Below are positions 27,844 to 36,208 of a DNA stretch of 64,000 nt, piece after piece. Each line of letters begins with the position of its first letter. Within the stretch, counting starts at the first letter, position 1. Position numbers and translations under genes: made by a program. The notes under the pieces are model-generated. The model saw only the letters and a program-made list of their open reading frames with translations, did no database searches and was not told the origin of the DNA. Source of the DNA: Pseudomonadota bacterium (GTDB taxonomy: Bacteria; Chloroflexota; Ktedonobacteria; Ktedonobacterales; JADMIN01); contig JAJPIU010000106.1 in assembly GCA_021324535.1 (NCBI GenBank), positions 3,961 to 67,960 on the forward strand, in the 5' to 3' direction.

Positions 27844-29502
27844 ATGGCCCAGCAAGAGCAAACGGCTCCCGCAGCCACCGCACAGCCCACAGCGTCTGCG
27901 CAGCCAGCCGAGCTCACGCCCTATAACGCGGCGAGTGTCTTTGTGGATGGCGCGCTGACGAAGGGATGGGGTGAGCGCGTCGCCATTCGCTTCGGCGCCG
28001 ACAACTGGACATACGCGCGGCTGGCGGCGGAGGTCAACCGCGTAGGCAATACGCTTCGCGCGCTTGGCGTTGACATGGAACAGCGCGTAGGCATTCTCCT
28101 CTATGACTCGCCGGAGTTCGCTGCGAGCTTCTTCGGCGCGATGAAGATCGGCGCGGTCGCCGTCCCCATGAATACGGCGATGCGCCCACAGGACTATGCC
28201 TACCTCTTGCAGGATAGCCGGGCGTGTGCGCTGGTGGTGGAGGCCGACCTCTGGCCACAGATCGCCGATCTGCGCGATCAGCTACCCTTCCTACGCCAGG
28301 TGATCCTTGTGCGGCGTGGCGCGACTGCCGATGGAGCCAGTGGAGCGGATGGCGCGAACAGTGGACAAGGCATCGGCGACTATGTGACGCTGGTGGGCCA
28401 GGCGTCGGCTGGCCTTGCGGCTGCTCCCACTGTGCGCGACGACTCCGCCTTCTGGCTGTATAGCTCCGGCAGCACAGGCTTCCCCAAAGGCTGTGTCCAT
28501 CGCCACCAGGATATGGCGGTGTGCAGCGAACGCTATGCGCAACCCATACTGGGCATCCGTCCCGACGACATTACGTTCTCCGCTGCCAAGCTCTACTTCG
28601 CGTATGGCCTGGGTAACGGGCTATACTTCCCGCTGGCGGTGGGCGCAAGCGCGGTTCACGCTCCCGCGCGTATGACGGCGGAGGTCGCCTTCCAGGTGAT
28701 CAATGAGCAGCGTCCGACGATCTTCTTCGGTTCACCAGCGCTCTTCGCGGGCATGCTGGCCTATCCCGATAGCGGACGATTCGATATGTCGTCGCTGCGG
28801 CTCTGCGTCTCGGCGGGCGAATCGCTCCCGGCGGACATCTTCACTCGCTGGAAGGATCGCTTCGGTGTCGAGATTCTCGATGGCATCGGCAGCACCGAGG
28901 TCTTGCACATCTTCATCTCCAACCGCGCGGGCGCCGTCAAGCCGGGCAGCACCGGGCAACTCGTGCCAGGCTATCAGGCGCTGATCGCCGACGAGCAAGG
29001 CCAGCCCGTGCCGCAAGGGGAGATCGGCAACCTCTTAATTGCGGGCGATAGCACCTGCACGCAATACTGGAACAAGTACGACCGCACTCGTAACACCATC
29101 CTTGGCCCATGGATCAAGACCGGGGACAAGTATTACCAGGATCAGGAGGGCTATTTCTGGTACTGCGGGCGCTCGGACGACATGCTGAAGGTCAGTGGGC
29201 AGTGGGTCTCGCCCGTCGAGGTGGAGGCTGCGCTGATCAGTCGCCCGGAGGTGTTGCAGGCTGCCGTAGTGGGCTATGAAGACGCCGACGGCCTGACCAA
29301 ACCCTATGCGTTCGTCGTGCTGAAAGAGGGTGTGACGCCGGGGCCGGAGATGGAAGACGCCCTGAAGCAGCATGTGAAGACGACGCTGCTGCCCTATAAA
29401 TACCCCCGTTGGATCGAGTTCGTCCCATCGCTACCCATGACTGCGACCGGCAAAATCCAGCGGTACAAGCTACGCGAGATGCTGGCCGAGCGCCAGGGGT
29501 AA
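27844..29502 (+). CDS. Benzoate-CoA-ligase-family adenylate-forming enzyme
   Basis: 552 aa. AMP-binding motif: FWLYSSGSTGFPKGCVHRH. C-terminal region: GDKYYQDQEGYFWYCGRSDDMLKVSGQWVSPVEVE...TATGKIQR. AGGAGG lies upstream. Confidence 0.85.
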   Translation: MAQQEQTAPAATAQPTASAQPAELTPYNAASVFVDGALTKGWGERVAIRFGADNWTYARLAAEVNRVGNTLRALGVDMEQRVGILLYDSPEFAASFFGAMKIGAVAVPMNTAMRPQDYAYLLQDSRACALVVEADLWPQIADLRDQLPFLRQVILVRRGATADGASGADGANSGQGIGDYVTLVGQASAGLAAAPTVRDDSAFWLYSSGSTGFPKGCVHRHQDMAVCSERYAQPILGIRPDDITFSAAKLYFAYGLGNGLYFPLAVGASAVHAPARMTAEVAFQVINEQRPTIFFGSPALFAGMLAYPDSGRFDMSSLRLCVSAGESLPADIFTRWKDRFGVEILDGIGSTEVLHIFISNRAGAVKPGSTGQLVPGYQALIADEQGQPVPQGEIGNLLIAGDSTCTQYWNKYDRTRNTILGPWIKTGDKYYQDQEGYFWYCGRSDDMLKVSGQWVSPVEVEAALISRPEVLQAAVVGYEDADGLTKPYAFVVLKEGVTPGPEMEDALKQHVKTTLLPYKYPRWIEFVPSLPMTATGKIQRYKLREMLAERQG

Positions 29503-29512
29503 AAATATAGGC

Positions 29513-29538
29513 GCTCCCATCTCACAGAGGATGGGAGC
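29513..29538 (-). terminator. Terminator of the low-GC cassette
   Basis: GCTCCCATC-N8-GATGGGAGC forms a 9-bp stem. On the minus strand it is followed by TATATTTTTA. Confidence 0.6.
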
Positions 29539-29609
29539 AGGAGCCGAAGCGGCGCGCTGGGCGTCTTCTGATGCTTCAACTCGTCAAAACTCGTCAAGCA
29601 TCGAGGCGC

Positions 29610-31055
29610 TCAGCTCTGCTCAGTGAGCAGCTTGAAGAGCAGGGAGGCCAATAACGCGAGGAGAACATAGCCGGTAACACTCGTGAGGACGAGGAGAACC
29701 TGTGTACTGAAACCTCCACAATAGGCAGCCAGTGAGGAATTGGAGCCAAGCGCCGTGAGATTTGTGACGGCAATGTAGAGATAATGCACGAAAATCTGCA
29801 CGTAATCAAACCAGGAGGTAGGATGCGGACGCTCCGCAGGACAAAAGAGTGTTCCATGCCAAACCGCCGGAACTCCTGGATTGAGCAGGTCGTTGAGAAA
29901 GAAAAGCGCCGTGTCCACCCCTATGACGGTTAGCACGGTACGGACATAATTGGCTGGCCGTGTGCCATAGCCAGTGGTGACTTTCAGTAGCCATAGCGTT
30001 GCAGCTTGAAGCCGAAATTGAAGGCGCCGCCAAAACTGAGGATGAGGCTGAGACCGACATCTCCAGAGTTCCCGGACAATCTCGTCACGTAGTTGATAGC
30101 GCAACTCGGATTGCGCGTCTTCAGCCTGCGAGAGCCAGCCGACCTCTTCGGGAGCAGCTTCGCCAAATTGCTTGATCAGACGACGAAACTGTTCCGAGTC
30201 GAGAAAACCGGTCAGAAAGTAGTGCCGATTCGTCAGTTGGTACAATTCCCTGTCCCATTCCCGAAGGCGAGTAAGATACTTGCGAACATCATCTCTTATC
30301 GGTGCGCGCGTGGGATTATCTTTTCCGAAGCCACTACCGCTCATCTGTCGCCCTAAAAAATTCGCCGACGCGCGTTTTTGATACAAAGACGCCTCAAGCC
30401 AGAGCAACCAGATTTGATGCGCTCTTGCAGTCGTCAAACCAATCTCACTAAGTCTGGCCTCATCAGCGCGGATTTTTCGGCTCTCCTGTGGATCATCCCG
30501 AAGAAACTCATTTCTCCAAAGACGTTCAGCCGCTCCACCAATATCGCTGATGAGATCGCCCCATAATTCGTCAGCCTTTGTCGCATCTACGGGATCTGGC
30601 TCACTTGTATCAGCAGATGAATCTTGAGTAGCCCCAGCGGCGCTTTGCATGCTATCTTTTGGGTCACTCTTTTGGCCGGGATAAAGCGCCTTTGCGATAA
30701 GGTGATCTATTTGCTGTTCAAAGTAGCTGAAAAGCTCGTCTCTGGCGCCAAGATCTCCCATTCGTTGCCGGGTCAAATAGCCAATCACCTCTTCGCAGGT
30801 AATAGGGCCAGCATCATCGAACATCCCAGTAGCCCGTGCCAACAAGTGATTGTACAGGTGGTGAAGGGCATCATGATTGCCCGCTTCCGCCTGTTGGAAT
30901 TGCTTCTCTCGCTCAGCGTTGATCGCAATTCCCCTGCTACCCAGATAGGTGCGGTATTTCCCGGAGAATGTTGGCGCATCTCCTTTTTCGGCGGTAGTGA
31001 TCAAGGCGCGTATCTCAGGCGTGCGTAGTTTCGGTGGTACTGCGGTGTCGAGCAT
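29610..31055 (-). CDS. Unknown ~350-aa cytoplasmic helical domain fused to a C-terminal 2-TM K+-channel-like pore domain with a degenerate filter
   Basis: 481 aa, with GGAGGGA 7 nt before the ATG. C-terminus: LLKVTTGYGTRPANYVRTVLTVIGVDTALFFL (TM1, the GYGxRP motif seen in Ion_trans_2-type proteins) ... FVHYLYIAVTNLTALGSNS (a pore-helix/filter-like segment; canonical is T-[VL]-G-Y-G-D) ... VLLVLTSVTGYVLLALLASLLFKLL (TM2). GC is about 52-55%. Confidence 0.7.
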   Translation of the reverse strand: MLDTAVPPKLRTPEIRALITTAEKGDAPTFSGKYRTYLGSRGIAINAEREKQFQQAEAGNHDALHHLYNHLLARATGMFDDAGPITCEEVIGYLTRQRMGDLGARDELFSYFEQQIDHLIAKALYPGQKSDPKDSMQSAAGATQDSSADTSEPDPVDATKADELWGDLISDIGGAAERLWRNEFLRDDPQESRKIRADEARLSEIGLTTARAHQIWLLWLEASLYQKRASANFLGRQMSGSGFGKDNPTRAPIRDDVRKYLTRLREWDRELYQLTNRHYFLTGFLDSEQFRRLIKQFGEAAPEEVGWLSQAEDAQSELRYQLRDEIVRELWRCRSQPHPQFWRRLQFRLQAATLWLLKVTTGYGTRPANYVRTVLTVIGVDTALFFLNDLLNPGVPAVWHGTLFCPAERPHPTSWFDYVQIFVHYLYIAVTNLTALGSNSSLAAYCGGFSTQVLLVLTSVTGYVLLALLASLLFKLLTEQS

Positions 31056-31086
31056 CTCATGCTCCCTCCAGCAACTCTTCGCGACT

Positions 31087-31141
31087 TTTCAGAGCATTTC
31101 AGAGTAGTTTCAGAGTAGTTTCAGGGTAGTTTCAGGGTGTT
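31087..31141. repeat. 11-bp tandem repeat x5 (TTTCAGRGTAG) between the receiver-like and channel-like genes
   Basis: ttttcagagca|tttcagagtag|tttcagagtag|tttcagggtag|tttcagggtgt. On the minus strand this reads (CYCTGAAAnnn)5. The last unit contains the TGA stop of the receiver-like gene. Confidence 0.9.
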
Positions 31142-31593
31142 CTCTGGTGTAGCCAGTCCCGAACGGCCTTTTTCAGGTCTTCATTCTTGTCTTTTCCACG
31201 AAAGATAATTTGGCTGAGAACAACACGATGCGGGTGTTTTGGTAGCTTGGAGAGCTCGTCGAAATCATTTTCCGATGCTGTAAAGACAATGATGTGCGTC
31301 CTTCCCCACCAGTCTGTTGAGGGTTTGTTCCAGACGTGAACAAGAAATGGCCGCATGTTTTCGATCTCGCTTGACACACCACGATCCAGTGAGACATCGC
31401 AAATGAGCAGGATGCGTTCATCTCGCGTTGCCTGGTTGTCCTGCAATTCCAGCACAATCTGATCGAGGTCTTCTTTGGTTCTGGCTTCGCGAATTGTACA
31501 GGAAATCTCCTCTTGTGAAAGCAGCCTCATGAGCATGCTCTTCCGCTTGGCCAGCGAAAGGGGTACATTTTCCAAGAGTATGAGCACCGCCAT
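31132..31593 (-). CDS. Stand-alone receiver (REC)-like protein with an atypical acidic pocket
   Basis: 153 aa, with GAGGAGG 5 nt before the ATG. It shows a flavodoxin-like alternation: AVLILLENVP (E-N where DD is usual), ERILLICDVSLD (candidate phospho-Asp), HIIVFTASEN (conserved T), and IIFRGKD (candidate K). It has no output domain. Confidence 0.65.
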   Translation of the reverse strand: MAVLILLENVPLSLAKRKSMLMRLLSQEEISCTIREARTKEDLDQIVLELQDNQATRDERILLICDVSLDRGVSSEIENMRPFLVHVWNKPSTDWWGRTHIIVFTASENDFDELSKLPKHPHRVVLSQIIFRGKDKNEDLKKAVRDWLHQRTP

Positions 31594-31632
31594 TGGAGCC
31601 TCCTCACATCGAGTACACCATCATACTGACGT

Positions 31633-34600
31633 CTAGGCTGATGTCACAGCTGGCAGGGCCAGGCAGAACACATTTTGCAGGGTCGGAGTATCGGCATCGG
31701 GCCGGTAATATGCCCTCCCGCCCAGCCGCTTCGCGATACTGCGTACCTGGAAAAGTCCAAGCCCACCACTATTGAGCAATTTTCGCAACTGCCGCCGTTG
31801 TATTTCGTTGCCCTGCCCAGCGTCATGCGGCGTTTGTCGGTCGCCTTCACTAGGCGCTGAAAGGGCGAGCGCGCTCAGCCGAAGCTGCCGCGCCGCCTCA
31901 CCCTGCACATTCGGCCGGAAGATGCGTTCCCGGTCTCGTTCGGGGATGGGAAGACCGGCGCTCGCCACCTCAAAGATGACCTGATTGGCCTCTTGCTTGA
32001 GTCTGATCAAGATCGGCGAGTCCGGATCAGCGTACTTGATCGCGTTGTCTATATACTGGAACAACGCCGCACGAATGAGCCGCCCTCGCTCTGCGCCAGC
32101 CTCCAGATAGATTGGTTGCAGCTTCTCATTTGGAACATTCCATTGGAGTGTCTTTGCGAACGCGGAGGCGAAGGTATGAATCGGCGCCCTGAACACTTGG
32201 AGGATAGTCTGGGCGGTTTGCCTCTCGTACGCCGCCGTGTTGTTGGTAGTCACAGGTGGCTGCAGCTCATCGTTCGACAGATCGAGGAACCAGGTAGACA
32301 GGTCGCTGATGAGCTTTATCAGGTCTCCAATGTCCTCAGTAAGTTGCTGTGCCTCATCGAGACCCATGCGCCGTTCGGCAATATCATTGGCGCGTTCGAT
32401 CTTCTCCCAGATGTCGTTTGCGCCATCAAGTTCATCTCCCAATGGAGAGAGCGCAATTGCGATGTCATGGCGCATCTGGCGAATCAGATCGTTGCGCGCC
32501 TGAATCAGCGCAACGGCGTTGATGCCCCCAACCAGTGTTTCGGCGAACATCGTCAGGATTTCTTTATCGAAGTCGCTGAACTCGGCCACATTGGGGTGAG
32601 CCAGCGCAAGCACGCCGAACGACTCGATCTCCCCTTCCGCGCCGCCTTCGACCGGGCGCAGCAAGGGAACACATACGAGCGAGCGAGCCTCTATGGGCCA
32701 GGGTTCTCCCTCTCGCTCTCTTATTGGCTCATCCGTTCGATCCAAGATCAATACCGGCTGCTGCGAACGGAGCGCCTCCAGGAAAAGCGGATACACGACG
32801 GGAAGAGGCGTATCATCGTACACATATTCGCGAAACGACTCTTCACCGCTTTTGTTATACGCCCGCCAGTACAGTTTCTCTACAAAGGGCTTATCATCTT
32901 GAGCAGCCCAGGTGAGCATCACGGTTCCCCAGCCCGCCTGAATATCTGAAAGCTCGGCGGCGTCCTGAAGCGCCCGGCGCATAAAATCACCGAGGTTGGC
33001 CGATTGCGTTTGCAGGATGGTTGTCTCGAAATCGCGGAGCTTCTCGCGCAGCACGGCAAGAACCTTCAGGCGCGTTGCAGTCATCATCTTAGAGATCAGA
33101 TCGGCTGCCGTTTGGCAGGCATGTTTGACATCCTCTGTGAAAGTGCCCTCGACCCCACCCTCTAGATTGAGCACGCCAACTACCTGTGTTCCTTCCGCAA
33201 CCGGCAGAAAGATGCCTGACAGGCTTTGTCGGGTCGGGTCGCTATCGAACCAACTTGTCTGATCGCGTGTCTCTTTGTCGTTGAATACAATTATCCGCCG
33301 TTCGAGAAAAGCGGCGCTCGAGACACCCTTATCGAAGGAAAACGTATGTTCCTCGCGACTTGTAATCTCATCGGGTGTCTCCCTGTGATCGGTGGAAACC
33401 AGATAAGACAAACGACCACGCTCACGGTCTACGGCCCCGGAAGCCGTATAGGCGTTGAGCGCAACCGTAAACCGCCCAACCCAGCACCCAATCAGATCGT
33501 TCATTTGCTCAATGATACTTAGGATGGTTGCGTTGCGCTTCTTGCGCAGCAAAGTAAAGTCGCTGAGAGCATCTAGCTCTCGGATGCTGCGATCCACCTC
33601 ATTGGACAGTTCGGCCAACGTCATCTCGATGGACGTTTTCACGGCGCGATCAATCACCGAGAGAGCGAACGCCGCCAGTTGTGCCAGAAACTCGATCCAA
33701 TCAATGTAGTCGGAGGTAAAGTGATGGACGGTGTTGGATTCCACATCCAGCACACCAAGCGCGGTCTGGCCGATCGAGAGCGGCGCTGCAACTTCGCTTC
33801 GGGCGGCGGGGAAGTAGGGAAGGTATTCTCGTCCTTCAAGGAGCTTGGAAATGTCTTGAATGGGTTTTGTTTCACGATCAGTATAGGCAGAGCCGGACAC
33901 ACCCTCAGTTGCAAGCCAGCGTGTGCCAACTGCCGTGTTCACTGGCGCGTTCGTCATCTGATCACGCATCACCAGATAGGTTTGCTGACCCTCCGTGACT
34001 TCCGCCAAAGCAAATGCGCCATGTTCGGCATGGGTATACGTCGTCGCCCAGCCAAGAATCTTTTCGCCTACTACTGCCCGTATCTGCTGGATGAGGTCGC
34101 GCTTGACCGACTTGCCATCGCTGGGAAACAAAGGGGCAAGCAATGCCTGCAATTCGAGCGAGCAGGCAAGCTCGTCAGCAAGGCGACGATCCCGCGCATA
34201 CTCTATGCTGCGGCTGATCGCATACACCGCAATGTCCGCCACCTGTTGCAGGGCAGGCAAATCAGCGTTTCTACTGAACGCTCTGATGCCAGGGGCGACC
34301 AGCCCAATCACGCCCAACGAGCCACCAGGGCCGATCAACGGGACAATCAATTCAGATGTTTCGCCGAGCGTTGTGCCTGAGTCGCGGTAATCTTTGTCTT
34401 CTTGGGCGTGATCGATCACTTCACCCTGCTGATTGGCATAGATTCTCCACGCGATGCTGTCTCCCTGCTTCCATTCCCACTCAGGCTCGGAATTGAAGGA
34501 GCCGATACGTCCCGCGCGCACGGCGAAGAGCTTGCGCTCACTCCCAGAAAGATTATGCTCCTCTCTGCGCACAAGGATCAGCCCACCTGAGACCTGAGTT

Positions 34601-35310
34601 GGCCCGACAACGGAGGCGGCGACACGCAGAATCTGGTAGCAGGTCTCCGTAAGATCGTCCTGAGCGATTGCGAACGCGATCCTTGCGCGCATCTTCGTCA
34701 GGAGGTCTTCCACAATCGCCTGTTCGGACATTGGTTCAAAACGAATCGTCCGCATTTCATTGTGGAGTTCCTGCGCGATACCACTGTGCTGTAGACGCGC
34801 AATAGCATCGGCAGGGAAGGCGTTCTCCTTGCTGCTTTCAATGTTGAGGACGCCGATGATGTCATTATCGCTGCGCAGAGGATATGCTAACACAGAGCGT
34901 GTGGAGAACAGTGTGGTCTGTTCGCTGGTATCCATGGCACGCGACCGTGGGTTACGCTCCTCAATCGCGGCGATCACAGGCGTGCCGGAAGCGTAAGCGC
35001 GCCAGACAACGCTGTTTCCTGAGCGAATACGGCTAATCAACGCCACTGAGGTCTCAGGTTGGATTTCCGACGCAATGAGTTGGCGTGTTCCCGGAGTACA
35101 AATGAGCGCCTCGGCCATTCCTTCATCGCTCAGCCCGAATACTTCCAGCGCGCGAACCAGCAACGCTTTCAGCTTATTTGTCCACCGATAGGAAGGCTGA
35201 TTGGTCTCTACGCCAATCGCCTCCGCTTCACTAATACCTGCTGGCGCCGGAGGGCTTGCGATTTCTTTGTCTTTCCCGCGACCAAACCTAATCCAATCTC
35301 TCATAGGCAT
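31633..35310 (-). CDS. Cytoplasmic sensor histidine kinase with five GAF-like modules
   Basis: Start re-set to MPMRDW (GGGGAGG lies 8 nt upstream; track start 35433 lies at or above the predicted TSS). Five recurring GAF C-terminal signatures: IIGVLNIESSKENAFPADA, SLGVIGLVAPGIRAFSRNA, ALGVLDVESNTVHHFTSDY, VVGVLNLEGGVEGTFTEDV, SFGVLALAHPNVAEFSDFD. H-box: LIRQMRHDIAIALSPL. N-box: YIDNAIKYA. G2: GGLGLFQVRSIAKRLGG. There is no TM segment. Confidence 0.85.
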   Translation of the reverse strand: MPMRDWIRFGRGKDKEIASPPAPAGISEAEAIGVETNQPSYRWTNKLKALLVRALEVFGLSDEGMAEALICTPGTRQLIASEIQPETSVALISRIRSGNSVVWRAYASGTPVIAAIEERNPRSRAMDTSEQTTLFSTRSVLAYPLRSDNDIIGVLNIESSKENAFPADAIARLQHSGIAQELHNEMRTIRFEPMSEQAIVEDLLTKMRARIAFAIAQDDLTETCYQILRVAASVVGPTQVSGGLILVRREEHNLSGSERKLFAVRAGRIGSFNSEPEWEWKQGDSIAWRIYANQQGEVIDHAQEDKDYRDSGTTLGETSELIVPLIGPGGSLGVIGLVAPGIRAFSRNADLPALQQVADIAVYAISRSIEYARDRRLADELACSLELQALLAPLFPSDGKSVKRDLIQQIRAVVGEKILGWATTYTHAEHGAFALAEVTEGQQTYLVMRDQMTNAPVNTAVGTRWLATEGVSGSAYTDRETKPIQDISKLLEGREYLPYFPAARSEVAAPLSIGQTALGVLDVESNTVHHFTSDYIDWIEFLAQLAAFALSVIDRAVKTSIEMTLAELSNEVDRSIRELDALSDFTLLRKKRNATILSIIEQMNDLIGCWVGRFTVALNAYTASGAVDRERGRLSYLVSTDHRETPDEITSREEHTFSFDKGVSSAAFLERRIIVFNDKETRDQTSWFDSDPTRQSLSGIFLPVAEGTQVVGVLNLEGGVEGTFTEDVKHACQTAADLISKMMTATRLKVLAVLREKLRDFETTILQTQSANLGDFMRRALQDAAELSDIQAGWGTVMLTWAAQDDKPFVEKLYWRAYNKSGEESFREYVYDDTPLPVVYPLFLEALRSQQPVLILDRTDEPIREREGEPWPIEARSLVCVPLLRPVEGGAEGEIESFGVLALAHPNVAEFSDFDKEILTMFAETLVGGINAVALIQARNDLIRQMRHDIAIALSPLGDELDGANDIWEKIERANDIAERRMGLDEAQQLTEDIGDLIKLISDLSTWFLDLSNDELQPPVTTNNTAAYERQTAQTILQVFRAPIHTFASAFAKTLQWNVPNEKLQPIYLEAGAERGRLIRAALFQYIDNAIKYADPDSPILIRLKQEANQVIFEVASAGLPIPERDRERIFRPNVQGEAARQLRLSALALSAPSEGDRQTPHDAGQGNEIQRRQLRKLLNSGGLGLFQVRSIAKRLGGRAYYRPDADTPTLQNVFCLALPAVTSA

Positions 35311-35436
35311 AGGGCATACCTCCCCGGCGCCAACGTTTGCCAATGCCCTTGGATGAGGTGAATATACCTCTCTCGCACGAACAGGCTTATGAGCGGAGTG
35401 AAGCACAAAGGCATAGAATAGCGCCTCTTGCATCTC

Positions 35437-35445
35437 ACTATAGCA
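35437..35445 (-). promoter_or_regulatory. Candidate extended -10 promoter (TGCTATAGT) of the low-GC cassette
   Basis: The minus strand reads ...aaaatatGCTATAGTgagatg. It sits in an AT-rich 60-bp gap after the upstream response-regulator stop. The -35 element is weak. Confidence 0.35.
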
Positions 35446-35496
35446 TATTTTATACGTTTGTGTACGAGAAGTGGTTCAGTCGAAGAATTCTCCGAT

Positions 35497-36192
35497 TCAT
35501 AGTTGCACCAAGCCTTGTTGAGCGGCCAGCGCCACCGCTTCCGTGCGGTTGCCTGCGCCCAGCTTACGCAACACCGCGCCTACATGGTATTTCACCGTGC
35601 GCTCGGTGATGCCCAATTCATGCGCAATCTCTTTGTTTTGCAGGCCACGCGCCAACAGATTGAGCGTTGTGCGTTCGCGCGGGGTCAGTGTCGGCGGCGC
35701 TCCGGTCTTACCCTCGTGTGGGCGCTCCATCGCCCGGAGCAACTTTGAAGCAACCAGCGGCGTCAATAGCGAACCGCCCTGGTGCGCCACCCGCACCGCC
35801 CGAAAGACCTCCTCACGCGGCGCGCCTTTCAGCAGATAGCCCTGCGCGCCTGCCCGCACGGCAGCCATAATACGTTCGTCGGTGTCGTAGGCCGTGAAGA
35901 CGATGGCGTTGACGGTGATCCCTTCCGCACGCAAACGTTCGAGCGCGCCAACGCCATCCAGCACTGGCATCGCGAGATCCAGCAGCAACACATCCGGGCG
36001 CAGCTTGCGTACCAGCGCCACCACTTCCTCGCCGTTGGCTGCCTCGCCCACCACTGTGAAGTCACGCTGCCCGCTCAGGATCGCCACGAGGCCATCGCGC
36101 ACGATGGGATGATCGTCGGCGACGAGAATGCGAATTGGCTGTTGCCCTGCCAGAGTCGCATTTCTCGTATTGCTCGCATTGCTTGCGTTCAT
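35497..36192 (-). CDS. NarL/LuxR-family response regulator
   Basis: 231 aa. REC: ILVADDHPIVRDGL...DVLLLDLAMPVLDG...VFTAYD...GYLLKG. LuxR HTH: LTPRERTTLNLLARGLQNKEIAHELGITERTVKYHV. Confidence 0.9.
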   Translation of the reverse strand: MNASNASNTRNATLAGQQPIRILVADDHPIVRDGLVAILSGQRDFTVVGEAANGEEVVALVRKLRPDVLLLDLAMPVLDGVGALERLRAEGITVNAIVFTAYDTDERIMAAVRAGAQGYLLKGAPREEVFRAVRVAHQGGSLLTPLVASKLLRAMERPHEGKTGAPPTLTPRERTTLNLLARGLQNKEIAHELGITERTVKYHVGAVLRKLGAGNRTEAVALAAQQGLVQL

Positions 36193-36208
36193 ATGGGCTG
36201 CCTCACCT

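Noticed and set aside
31993-34380. Plus-strand ORFs of 318 aa and 233 aa inside the low-GC cassette
   Set aside because: They are antisense to the 5xGAF kinase. They lack start context and domains, while the minus strand gives an uninterrupted 1225-aa protein with five repeated GAF signatures.
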